From Pelagomonas calceolata (taxonomy: Eukaryota), in assembly GCA_918797485.1 (NCBI GenBank), contig CAKKNE010000004.1, forward strand, positions 3,720,001 through 3,784,000: a stretch of DNA of 64,000 bases, read 5' to 3'. Position numbers and translations under genes: made by a program. Each line of letters starts with the position of its first letter. The first letter of the stretch is position 1. This document shows, one piece after another, positions 40,385 through 50,543 of this stretch. The notes beneath the pieces are model-generated. The model made no database searches and had not been told where the DNA came from. It saw only the letters and a program-made list of their open reading frames with translations.

Positions 40385-40672
40385 ACGGCGGATCGCGAGT
40401 CCAAAAAGCGGCCTGCACCGGAGGCACCGGAGGCCACCACTGAAGACAAAAAAGCAGCCGCCACGACGCAGCTGCTCGCCTCGAACGCGGCCGTGACCGA
40501 CGCGGATCTCGACGCGCTGCTCCCGGACGAGGGCTACGAGACGCTCGCAAAGCCGGAGGCGCCAAAAACGAACGCGGCCGTGACCGACGCGGACCTCGAC
40601 GCAATCCTTCCGAACGAAGGCTACGAAACGCTCACACCACCAAAGAAGAACGATGCTGAGCCAAAAGGCTGA
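40385..40672 (+). other. ACG-initiated small ORF or pseudogene with two SF3B1-like motifs (87-bp direct repeat)
   Basis: Repeats start at 40484 and 40571 and encode NAAVTDADLDALLPDEGYETL / NAAVTDADLDAILPNEGYETL. No ATG in frame. Confidence 0.55.
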
Positions 40673-41528
40673 CCGCGCGCTGGCCGGCCCGGTAGCCTTC
40701 GGCCTGCTGGTGACGCCCGTGTGCCTTGGGATCTACGCGGCGGCGAAGGCGAACCACCTCTGGGGGACGAAGCGCGGCGCGCAGGAGCGGAGCCTGGTGT
40801 CGATGCGGTTTTTGTTAAGGGCGCTCATCCGGAGCTGCTTCTGGCTGAAGGTCGAAGAACCGGAAGAGGAGGACTGGAAGGAGCTCGCCCTCCCGCAAGA
40901 TAAGGGGTGCATCCTCATGTTCAACCACACGTCCATGTTCGACGGGTTCCTCATGGCGGCGATCATGCCATCGGCGCTCTGCCGGCGCTGCAAGTCGCTC
41001 ATGGCGGCCTACACCTTCAAGACGCCCGTGCTCGGCGAGATTTTTAGATTGGTGGGCCACGAGCCCGTCTACTTTTTGAAAGATGACGAGGGCAAGTTCT
41101 CCGTGGACAAGACGCGGCAAGCACCCGTCAACGAGCGCATCCGGGCGCACGTCGCGGGCGGCGGCGTGCTCGCGTTCTGCCCGGAGGGCACCGTGAACCG
41201 TAAAGATCAAACGAAGTGCCTGCCGCTGCGCCGCGGCTCGTTCCAGCTCGCCGTGGACCTGCGCTTGCCGATCTACGGCATCAGCGCGCTGGGCCAGCAC
41301 CGCTTCTGGCCCTGGAAGGGCGCGCCGGGCCACCCCGCGACGATCCGCGTGAAGCTCTACGCCGTCGACGCGTGGAACGACATGCTGGAGGCGGGCGAGG
41401 GCAAAGGCGCGACGGCGACCGACGTCGCGGACCTGGCGCAGGAGGCCATGCAGGCGTCGGTCGACGCGCTCTCGGCGCAGCCGCTGCCGCCGAACGACCC
41501 CGAGTCGCCGGGGAGGAAGGGCCGCTGA
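40653..41528 (+). CDS. Lysophospholipid acyltransferase (PlsC/LPLAT family)
   Basis: NHTSMFD (NHx4D) and FCPEGT. Confidence 0.9.
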   Translation: MLSQKADRALAGPVAFGLLVTPVCLGIYAAAKANHLWGTKRGAQERSLVSMRFLLRALIRSCFWLKVEEPEEEDWKELALPQDKGCILMFNHTSMFDGFLMAAIMPSALCRRCKSLMAAYTFKTPVLGEIFRLVGHEPVYFLKDDEGKFSVDKTRQAPVNERIRAHVAGGGVLAFCPEGTVNRKDQTKCLPLRRGSFQLAVDLRLPIYGISALGQHRFWPWKGAPGHPATIRVKLYAVDAWNDMLEAGEGKGATATDVADLAQEAMQASVDALSAQPLPPNDPESPGRKGR

Positions 41529-41974
41529 ACAAGCGGCCGGTCGCAAGGAAAAGATAGGCAAGTAGATAGGCACCCCGCCGGCGGCGGGGGCAAGTGACAT
41601 AAGCTCTGATGTGTGAGGAAAAGCCACTGAACGGCCCGGGCCGCCGGGGCCGGCGCGCCCACGTAAGTGCCCACGTGCGCGGCCGGGAGGAGGGGACAAG
41701 GGACATAAGCTAGAAATGTGTGACGAAATGGCAATTACGGGGGCGAGTGCTCCACCCGCGCGCGCGACTGCCGCGTCAGTAAGAAGGGCCGGGCGTTCTG
41801 GGCCTTGTGGGCCTCGACGCCGGCGAGAGGAAATGTCGTTGCAATGGTGTCGTTCTGGGCCTATTCGGGCCTCGACGAGCACCGGGGGGAAGGGGGGCTA
41901 AGCGGAGCGGGCGCGCCGCCGTACTCGGTTCGCGTTCGTAAAGGAAGCGTCACCGAGGGCGGCGCGCCTGCCGC

Positions 41975-44152
41975 CTATCCCGCCTTGTTCGCGCGTCGGC
42001 CGCGGCGGCGGCCCGTCTTTACGGGCTGCATCGGCTCCTCCTTGCGCTGTTGAGTTTGCACGGCCTGGCGCGGCGCCGTCGAGATGTTGGTCGTCTTCGT
42101 GTCGGCCTTGCCGCTCTTGCGCTGGATGAACTCGTTCGCGAAGGCCGCGACCTGGGGCGTGCTGCCCAGATACAGGGAGAGGTACTGGCGGATCTCGGAC
42201 GAGTCGGCGAGCGTCATGCAGAAATGCACCAACGTCAGGTCGTCGCTACCGGTAATCTTCTTGAGCTGCGTCTTGGACCACGTCTCGAGGGCCTTGGGGT
42301 CCGACGTCGCGACGGGGCCCCCAAAGGCCTTCTGGCCCGTCTGGGCTTTCGGTGGGGCCGCGTTGTACTGGGGCTGCTGGGCCGGGCGCGCGGCCGGGCG
42401 GGCCGCCGCCGGCGGCGCCTGGCGCGCCGCCGGCGCGGCGCGCGCGGGCGCGGGCCGCGCGGCCGGCGGCGGCGGCTGCTGGGCCGCGAGGCGCGCGGCC
42501 ATACTGGCGGGGGGCGCCTGGCGCTGCTGCTGCGACTGGCGCTGGGCCTGCTGCTGCTGGCGCTGCTGGGCCTGCTGGGCCGCGGCCTCCTGGGCCTGGA
42601 TCTCGGCCATGGACTGGCCCTTGCCGCGGCGGTTGCCGCCGGCCTGCTGCCAGACGGGCGGCGCGGGTTGGGGCGGCGGCGCCGCCGGCGGCGCCGGGGC
42701 CGGCGCCGGCGGCGGCGCGCGCGGCGCGGGCCGGGGCTTCGGCGCGGGCGCGGGCGCCGGCGGCGCCGTCCTCAGACCGCCAATACCTAAACCGCCCATG
42801 GCGTAGTCGAGCTGCTGCGGCGGCGCCGGCGGTTGAGGTTGAGCGGGCTGGCCGCCGCCCCACATGAAGTTGAAGCCCTGGTTCTGCGGCGGCGCCGGCT
42901 GGTCGTCTACCACCAGACCGGGGCGGCCGAACATGCCCGGGGCCGCGGGCGGCGGCGCCGGCGCGGGTTTGGGCGGCGGCGGCGCCGAGAGGTCCTTGGG
43001 CTTCGTGACGAAGGCGTCGCCCGGCGGGTTCGTGAAGAGCAGTTTTAATGAGTGGAAGTCGCCGTTCGACCCCTGGCGCAAGGGCAAATCATCGTCGAAG
43101 TAGCCCGCCTGGAACCACTGGCGCATCTGGGTGGCCTCGAAGGGGCCCTGCACCGCGCCCTGCGGGTCGCGGTAGAACCACGGCAGCACGCGCCAGCGGC
43201 CGTCGTCTGCCGGTTGTGCACGTTGGGGCGGCGGCGCGGGCTTGGCTGCCGCCTCCTCCAGAGCTTGGAGCGCCGCCGCGGCCCGAGCTCGTTGTGCTAG
43301 TTCTTCGGCGTCCTCCTGGCCCGTCAAAGCGGGCGCGACGTCCGGCGCTTCGCTGAACGCGGCCCCGAACATGTCCTTGTTGCCCACGGGCTCGCCCGGT
43401 AATTTCCCACCACCGGCTTTCCGCATGGCCTGCATCTCGGCCTCAAAAGCTTTCGCCTGCTCGGCCCAGTTCGACAGGGCCGCGGACCCATCATGGTCCC
43501 CAAAGGTTTCCGCATCTAGATCGTCCCAGAGCTTCTCGCCGCCGGCCTGGCGCTGGGGCACGGACATGCCGCGCTCCCAGGGGCCCTTCTCCTTCTCAGA
43601 TTGAGGCGGCGGCGCCTTCCGGCCTCGTTCCAGGGCTTCGCCGTTCTCGGGCGGCGCGCGCTCCTTCTGCCTCCCGACGGGCTGGGCCCGCGCCCACTGC
43701 TGGCCGATCTGCTCGACGGTCGGGCGTCTATTGATAGACAGCGGGTCGAGGGGGTCGTTCGACGTGATCTCGCGCGGTAAAGCCGCGCGCATGCTCTCGA
43801 GCAACACCGTCCGCTTCCGCAGCTTCAGCAGCGCGGCCTTGTCGAAGGTGACCTGGGGGGCCTTGCGGATGCGCTGGGACGGCGCGTCGGCGCTCGACGC
43901 CGACGCGTTGCTCTGGAGCCGCGGCCGCTGCTCGCGCCGCGGCCTCTGCTCCCTTCTCGGCGCGCCGTTCGTCTGCCAGTCGCTCGTCACGGGCGGCGCG
44001 CCGAAGGGCTGGCGCGGGCTCCCCGGCGGCGCGCCATTCTGCTGCTCCTCCGGTTCTTCTTGCTTCGGCGTCGTGGGCGCGCCGAAGGACCCGCCGTCCT
44101 TGCGCCACGCGGGGCGGAAGCTCCGCTTGGGCTGCGTGCCTGCCTCGGCCAT
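41975..44152 (-). CDS. GYF-domain protein, GIGYF/SMY2-like
   Basis: WFYRDPQGAVQGPFEATQMRQWFQAGYF; C-terminal EIRQYLSLYLG...FANEFIQRK. Confidence 0.88.
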   Translation of the reverse strand: MAEAGTQPKRSFRPAWRKDGGSFGAPTTPKQEEPEEQQNGAPPGSPRQPFGAPPVTSDWQTNGAPRREQRPRREQRPRLQSNASASSADAPSQRIRKAPQVTFDKAALLKLRKRTVLLESMRAALPREITSNDPLDPLSINRRPTVEQIGQQWARAQPVGRQKERAPPENGEALERGRKAPPPQSEKEKGPWERGMSVPQRQAGGEKLWDDLDAETFGDHDGSAALSNWAEQAKAFEAEMQAMRKAGGGKLPGEPVGNKDMFGAAFSEAPDVAPALTGQEDAEELAQRARAAAALQALEEAAAKPAPPPQRAQPADDGRWRVLPWFYRDPQGAVQGPFEATQMRQWFQAGYFDDDLPLRQGSNGDFHSLKLLFTNPPGDAFVTKPKDLSAPPPPKPAPAPPPAAPGMFGRPGLVVDDQPAPPQNQGFNFMWGGGQPAQPQPPAPPQQLDYAMGGLGIGGLRTAPPAPAPAPKPRPAPRAPPPAPAPAPPAAPPPQPAPPVWQQAGGNRRGKGQSMAEIQAQEAAAQQAQQRQQQQAQRQSQQQRQAPPASMAARLAAQQPPPPAARPAPARAAPAARQAPPAAARPAARPAQQPQYNAAPPKAQTGQKAFGGPVATSDPKALETWSKTQLKKITGSDDLTLVHFCMTLADSSEIRQYLSLYLGSTPQVAAFANEFIQRKSGKADTKTTNISTAPRQAVQTQQRKEEPMQPVKTGRRRGRRANKAG

Positions 44153-44793
44153 CGCGGCCGATCCGCAGGTTTCGCCGCGCTGCGGGGGCTCTTCCTGTTA
44201 GTATTCGCCGCGGTCCGAGCTTGTGCTCGTCGCAGGCTTTTCCTGTTAAACGCCGCGGTCCGCGCTTGGCGCGCGTCGCAGGCTGCCGCGTGCTCCGGAG
44301 GATCTCTCCCGGGTCGCAGGCTGGCGGCTCTGGGGGGCCGCGGGCAAAATCTAGCTGTTTCGCGACGGAGCGAGCACCCCTTGTTTTCAGCAGGGGACGC
44401 GCCGCGGGGACGAAACAAAGCTGCGCAGGTCCTGGAAATGGTCCAGGCTAGACACTCCTGAACGCAGGGTGTCAATGCGGTGACGGCGCAGGCCCTCCTG
44501 CACGCCTCTATTTGCGAGCCTCTGTCGAAGCTCTCAAGCCCTGAGTGCCAGCTGGCTCCTTGCGGGAAGACTCCTCCCGGCGAGAATCGTCTTCCGACGG
44601 GTGCTGCAACAGAACGGGCGGCCTTTCGGCTGGACGCAAAACCCGTGCTGTAGCACAAAATCGAGCCTCGGCCAGCATACCATCGCACGGCTGTAAATCT
44701 CTGCTAATTCGAGCCGTTTTGAAGGCCTCTCCATCAATGCTGAACTTTTGACAGCGCTCGCGCGTTGAAAAGCCCAGTCACTGGGAGAGCACC

Positions 44794-46038
44794 ATGGCCC
44801 AGCAGCCTCAGTGGACCAGCCGCCCAGAAATCGACACGAACTACGCGTACACCAACCACCGCGCCCAGAACGTGACCTGCCTCGCGACGCATGGCACGAA
44901 ACTGCTCGCCGGATCGGCCGACGGCCGCATCACTATATACGACCTCGAGAAACGCTCGGAGATCGCGACGACGCCGCGGGACCGCAGCGGCCACGACCGA
45001 AGCATTGTGGGGTGCTCCTGGTTCCACGACGGCGGAGTCTTCGTGAGCGCGTGCTGCGCGGGCAATGTCGTGGTGTGGGACGCCAATACAATGAAAGCCG
45101 CGTGCCGCTTCGACCTGCCCGCCCTGGCTTCCGCGGCGCTCTCACCCATGTCGACGGGCCCGACGGCGGCCGTTTGTGCGGTAGGGACGACTGACGGCGC
45201 TTGTAGGCTATGCGACGCGCGGAGCGGAGCGTGCCACTCTTCTCTGAGTCACGGCCGGGGCCCCGTCTCTGCGTTAGCGTGGCACCCTTCCAATGACACG
45301 TTGCTCACGGCGGGCGCCGACGGCGCGGCCCACCTCTGGGACGTCCGCACTTTGAAGAAGCGCGGGTCGCTCGACCGGCACGACCTGAGCGGGGCTCCTG
45401 CTTCCATCAATGATCGGGTCGCGAAGACGGCCCACGACGGCGGGCTGCGGCTCGCGGCCTTCTCTGGCACAAAGTTAATAACGGCGGGCGCCGACGAGAG
45501 ATTAAGGGCCTGGGACGCGGACTCGGGGGCTTTCGTTTCGGACGCGTTCGCGCCCGTGCAAATACGAGGGACGCGGTCACCGGCGCCGCTCCAGGCAGCC
45601 TTCCTCGAGGGCTCGGCTTTGATCCCCGACGGGCGCCACGCGTCTCTTTTATCATTGGATTCGGCGAACGAGGCGTGGCGGACGCCGGAAGCGGGCCACG
45701 CGGGCGGCGTGCGCGCCTGCGCGGTCGCTCCTGGTGTCAATCGTTTCGTCGCGTGCGACGACCGCGGCGGCCTCGTCGTCTGGCGGCCTGCTCTGGTTGT
45801 GGAGCCCGCAGTCGAGGACGACGATACGCCTCAGATCCGCGTCGACGTCGCGCTCGCGGCCGAGGCCGACGACGCCGACGACTTCGATTCCCTGCGGCGC
45901 GAGTTCGAGGAATCGCGCCGGGCGGCCGCCGAGGACCGGCGACGCGCGCGCGAGCGGCCGGAAGAGGAGGAGCCGCGCCGCCGCCGGCGGCGGCGCGTCG
46001 GCGACGTCGTGCGGCGGGCGACGGATCGAGGTGCGTGA
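44794..46038 (+). CDS. WD40-repeat protein, ERCC8/CSA-like
   Basis: LLAGSADGRITIYDL, VVVWD, RLCDARSG, AGADGAAHLWDVR, AHDGG. Confidence 0.75.
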   Translation: MAQQPQWTSRPEIDTNYAYTNHRAQNVTCLATHGTKLLAGSADGRITIYDLEKRSEIATTPRDRSGHDRSIVGCSWFHDGGVFVSACCAGNVVVWDANTMKAACRFDLPALASAALSPMSTGPTAAVCAVGTTDGACRLCDARSGACHSSLSHGRGPVSALAWHPSNDTLLTAGADGAAHLWDVRTLKKRGSLDRHDLSGAPASINDRVAKTAHDGGLRLAAFSGTKLITAGADERLRAWDADSGAFVSDAFAPVQIRGTRSPAPLQAAFLEGSALIPDGRHASLLSLDSANEAWRTPEAGHAGGVRACAVAPGVNRFVACDDRGGLVVWRPALVVEPAVEDDDTPQIRVDVALAAEADDADDFDSLRREFEESRRAAAEDRRRARERPEEEEPRRRRRRRVGDVVRRATDRGA

Positions 46039-46217
46039 TCTTTCTTTTTTGTGTAAGGATGTTTGTGTTTCTCCTCTACGATCTTCCAGGTTTTGTGCAT
46101 CTCACTAGAGTTCTCGTCGCGCGCCGGACAGCCTACAATCCCTGTGTATGTGGCTTCCGTTCTTCTATACGGTGCTAAGACATGTGTGTGGCTCAGGCTA
46201 GACATGAGTGTCTGCGG

Positions 46218-46241
46218 CTAGTGTGTTAAACGATACGCTAG
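46218..46241. promoter_or_regulatory. CTAG-pair upstream motif
   Basis: ctagtgtgttaaacgatacgctag, about 190 bp upstream of ATG 46430. Confidence 0.5.
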
Positions 46242-46429
46242 GTTTATAGGAGGTCGTAAAACCGGCGCCTTAAATCCACCGTGATCACAGGCCTAGGCAG
46301 CCAACGAAGGGTACCGAGTCTCGTGCTTGACCGCATTGGTCCGGACCACAGCCGTGTTGCACGCATAAAGCCGTGCGTAGAGGTCGCAAGCAAAAACCAG
46401 CAGCAGCCCAGAGCTCCAAGAAAGCCAAG

Positions 46430-47419
46430 ATGCCCGCCTCCGGCCAGCACATCACGGGCAGCAAGGCCGACATCTTCACGCCCGTCAATCCTTTAGGCGG
46501 CGCCGCGACGGATGAGGACAAGTCCATCCAGGAGGCGATGACCGAGGAGGTCGACAAGCGCATGCGTAACGCGGTGGAGGATTTACGGGAGAAGTACGCG
46601 ACTGGTGGTTCCAATGTCGAAACTTCGGAACACGGCCCTTCCGGTGCGGCGTACCGGCAGAAGCAGCAGGCCATTGACAATGCGAAAGCCAAGAAGCGCG
46701 CCGAGCGATACCTGAAGGAGCAGGAGCGAGCGGAACAAGTCCGACGGCAGGCCGCGGAGCAAATCATCGAAGAGGAGGGCGTCGGCGAATCGAGTGATGA
46801 TGACGAGTATCTTGATGGGTTGGAGGACGACGGCGACATTTTACAAAATTTAAGGAACAAGCGACTCGCGCAGATGAAGGCCCAGCACCAGGAGAAGATC
46901 GAGAATTTACAAAAGGGCCACGGCCGCTACCACGAGATCTGCCAGGACGACTTTTTAAATGACGTCCTCAAGTCGAAGAACACGCTGGTCCACTTCTACC
47001 ACGCGGACTTTGAGAACTGTAAAGTGATCGATCATCATTTGGCGATCCTCGCGCCGAGACACGTGGAATGTAAGATGATGAAGATGGACGCGGCCAAGTC
47101 GCCCTTCTTCGTGCAGAAGCTGCAGGTGCGGGTCATGCCGACCGTCGTCGTCTTCCGGGACGGCGTCGCGTCTGCGAGGTTGGTCGGCTTCGACGGCCTC
47201 ACGGACGACCTGAAGGCGGGCCACGAGAACGAGTTCAAGACCGAAGTGTTGGAGGGCTGGCTGGCGAAGGCCGGCTGCATCGAGTACGAGGCGACGGCGT
47301 CGGAGGCGGAGCTGGCCAAGTACACGCTCGAGGGCGCGCGGCGCGCGCAGATGATCGGCTACGCGGACGGCATCGACGACGTCGAGCAGGACGCGGAGGC
47401 AATGTCTCTCAACCAATGA
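46430..47419 (+). CDS. Phosducin-like thioredoxin-fold protein (TXNDC9/PLP3-like)
   Basis: GHGRYHEI, VHFYH...CKVIDHHL..LA..H, KSPFFVQKLQVRVMPT, LVGFD. Confidence 0.9.
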   Translation: MPASGQHITGSKADIFTPVNPLGGAATDEDKSIQEAMTEEVDKRMRNAVEDLREKYATGGSNVETSEHGPSGAAYRQKQQAIDNAKAKKRAERYLKEQERAEQVRRQAAEQIIEEEGVGESSDDDEYLDGLEDDGDILQNLRNKRLAQMKAQHQEKIENLQKGHGRYHEICQDDFLNDVLKSKNTLVHFYHADFENCKVIDHHLAILAPRHVECKMMKMDAAKSPFFVQKLQVRVMPTVVVFRDGVASARLVGFDGLTDDLKAGHENEFKTEVLEGWLAKAGCIEYEATASEAELAKYTLEGARRAQMIGYADGIDDVEQDAEAMSLNQ

Positions 47420-47426
47420 TAGGCTA

Positions 47427-49229
47427 CTAACTCTTCAGGTTTGCGGGGAACCCACGCGTTTGCAGGTACCGCACGAGCTCGGGCGCGACGAGCGAAAGGC
47501 CGGCGGGGTCGATGCTGTCCATATCACTATTGACGACGGCGCGCGCCGCTGCCCGGGCGTCGTCGGCGGTCCGCTGCTCGCTACGTGCTTTAAAGAACAC
47601 TCTTATCTCCCGGACCTAAGACACAGGGAACTGGTGAGGGTGGATCTTCGCGCCGTGCTCCAGGCTCTTGACGAGCTCCCCGAGCTCCTCAAATTCGACC
47701 TCGTCGGTCAGGACGAGGTACTTCTTGCACTTGCGCAGGGCGTTGGCGGGGGGCGCGAGCTTCATGCTCGGATCCAAAGGCAGGCGCCAGCGCGCCGAGG
47801 CGACGGCGTGCCGCTTCCCTTTCCGCGCGGCCTCGGCGACGTTGAAGGCGCGCTCGGCCTCGTCCCAATTCGCCTGGTTAAAGCAAGGGACCTTGAGCTT
47901 GTAGTTCAACGTTTCCGACGCCGCCGCGGCCTTCTGCTCGTTGAAGAGCTCGAGCTCTTCCGTGGGCTTGGGCCTTTGTAAAGCTAACTTGCGGCGGCGA
48001 AAGAGGTCGGCCAGGCGTTCTTCGGGCGGCTGCTCGTCGAGCTCGTCCTCGACGTCTTTCATAATCACGGTGGGCCAGTACTGGTACTTCCCCGATGGCT
48101 GGGTATAACCGGGCCCAGCCTCATCCGCGATCAACTGGCAGCGATGCCAAGAAATCTCGGCTTTTGGGATACACGACAAAGCCAGGGAGCGCTCATAAAC
48201 CTCGACCAGCACCTCCGTGCGCGTCTTCGCCGCCGCGCACCTCGCCGCGAACGCGTCGTGCCCCCCGTCGTAGTTCTCGGCGGCGACCTCCGCGTAGGCC
48301 GCCGCGTAGGCCGTCGTCTCGGCGTTCGCTCGCGCCGCCACCAACCGCAGGCCAAAGTCTTCGAGGCCGTCCCGCGTCACAGTGACTGATGTGATTCTCA
48401 CGCCGACCTTGCCGCACGCGCCGCTCTCCATCTCCGTGCAAGTCGGTGCCACATACCGTTCGTCGATCTGGGCCCTCGTGCGCTTCACCTCTTGGCCCTT
48501 GACGCCCACACCTTCGACATCATCATCTAATACAACACTATATCTATATTTGCCGCCAACGGGGGCCTTGGCCAGCACCCCTGACCCGCCGCCCACTAAT
48601 AAGACCGGGTGGCCCTTCTCCGTCGCCCAGGTCACGCACCGCGCCCGGAAACCAGCTAACTCCGCGTCCGCGGCGTCGAATATCGCGATCTTGGCCTTGC
48701 CCAGCGTCTCGACCTTCTTGAGGTGGGCCTTCGCGTCCTGAAACGCTGTGTCCGCCGCTAATATGCGCAAGCGCCGCTCCTCGCTGTCCATCGCGTCCCA
48801 GACCTTGCCCTCCTCGACATAGAGCTGTTTGCGCTGCCACAGCCAAAAGGTGCCTCTATGGACCGCCGCCGCTAAATAGCCGATACTTCCCCCGATCCCC
48901 GTGAGTCGGAGACGCCTGAACGCGTCAACGATGGCGGACGTTTTGGCCGGCGGCTCCGTCCGCTCCCAGTTCTGCGCCGTGTCCTTGGTGGACGCGCGCG
49001 GCGTGTCCTGGCCCGCTGCAATTAAGGAGGCCTGGAGGTTTTCGACGCAGCCCGCCGCTTCGGGCGTCTCGCTCGACATGAGGACCGCGCCTCGCCGCGC
49101 CGCTTTCACCGCGGCCCGATCGGCGCGCGCCGAGTCGGCCTCGCAGGACTGGACAGGATGCTCCTTGTGCTTCACGCCCTGCCCTCGCGGGGTCAATGGC
49201 GCCTGCGGCAGCTCCTCCGCGTCCGCCAT
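47427..49229 (-). CDS. Hypothetical protein, probably 2 exons (intron about 47616-47672)
   Basis: ORF 49229-47616 continues in the same frame for 62 more sense codons after the TAG. A GT...TAG 57-nt intron removes the stop. Confidence 0.55.
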
Positions 49230-49355
49230 CAGTACGTGTCTTAATCTTCGCTCGTGTATTTGTGCTGCTGGCAGCGATCGTCCAGCGCTGTGTTACGGAT
49301 CGTACGCGGATCAGGACTGCAAAAAACGCTCAAAGCCGCTTCAGTTTTTCGCTTG

Positions 49356-49377
49356 CTAGTGTCTTACAGGACGCTAG
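49356..49377. promoter_or_regulatory. CTAG-pair upstream motif
   Basis: ctagtgtcttacaggacgctag; near-identical to 52057-52078 (reverse complement) and 56073-56094. Confidence 0.6.
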
Positions 49378-49796
49378 CTATCACGCCTGCCGCGATCGTC
49401 GCAATTTACATAGTACGCAACTCAACTTCATAATACGGTAAGTAATTATCTCGAAACGACACCGCGTCGCCGCCACCACGCCCCGCCACACAAAGACCAG
49501 GCCTGAGAGCCCTGGACCTGGACCCGTGAAAGCCGCCTCGCCAGCGGCGCGCGACACGGCCGCGCATCCCACACTACTCGAACGAGACCTCTGCGATCGT
49601 AATTGTTCCACGCGCGCGCGCGCACGCGCGCCGCGCCGCGCCCGCGCCTCGCCGCCTCGCGGCCTCGCGGCCTCGCGGCCTCGCGGCCTCGCCGTCGCCC
49701 GCGGGAACCAATCAAGGCCGTCGCGCCACGCACGCAAAATCAGACCTCACAACCGCGCAGGCACATCACTCGAACCAGAAGAAGATCATTATCAAG

Positions 49797-50428
49797 ATGC
49801 GGCTCGCCGTGCTGGCCCTCGGCCTAACGGTAGCTTCGAGCCTCGCCCCGAACAAGACGTCCCTGAAGGATGGGTTAGATGCCGAGCGCGACAAGTTCGG
49901 TTCGGTCGGGAGGCCCCGGCCTCTTTTGGCGCCCGAGAACGACGTCCGCGCGCCGCGCCCCGGACATTTACGCGACGCGTTTAACGGCGACGACGGGCCG
50001 GGCGACGACCACGACTGGCGCGGCGGCGACGTGCTGGACCACGGCGTCGAGCGCGACGTGCCGCCCGCCGACGCTTTGCCTAGTCTGGATATTATAGAGG
50101 TCAGAGAGGTGATGTACGACAACCACTTCATGTTTGCGACCGCAGACGCGCACGGCACCGTGAAGGCCGGCGTTTATCCCGTCGATCTGCCCGAGTCCCC
50201 GAAGACCTGGTCCTCGATCCAAACGTACCAGGTCTATGGGCCAGTCGTCGTCTCCGATCCATCACAAGACGACGACGCGGACATGGTTCGGTCGTCCGCG
50301 AAAACATCTTCAAGCTCGTCAACGAGGGCGGCGGCATCGTTCTCGGCGACCGCCGCATCCTCGAGCTCCTCATGTCCGACCCGCACGGGTCGCCCGGATG
50401 GCGCATGGGGCCGACGTACTCTAGCTAG
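49797..50428 (+). pseudogene. Secreted hypothetical protein with apparent frameshift near 50290
   Basis: Signal peptide MRLAVLALGLTVASS. After DDDADMV, the protein-like GC3-rich frame shifts to VVRENIFKLVNEGGGIVLGDRRILELL (50291-50428). Confidence 0.5.
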
Positions 50429-50543
50429 GTAAGGCGACTCGGATGGAGGCGTAATGTCGTATGATTCCAAAGCGTCGAGGTCGATGCGCTTGCACTCTAA
50501 CGAGCGAGACCCCGGAGGCCATGTCCCTGAATCAATAGATGAA

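Noticed and set aside
41530..41900. Short repeats (gacataagct x2) in a long convergent spacer
   Set aside because: Too short and unstructured to support a call.
28465..44152. Functional cluster of RNA-processing genes (Cir_N, CWC24, GYF, SF3B1-like)
   Set aside because: Interspersed with unrelated genes; plausible by chance among about 41 genes.
49610..49695. gcggcctc / cgcg tandem repeats (similar at about 8605-8630 and cgatcac at about 60125-60160)
   Set aside because: Simple low-complexity microsatellites.
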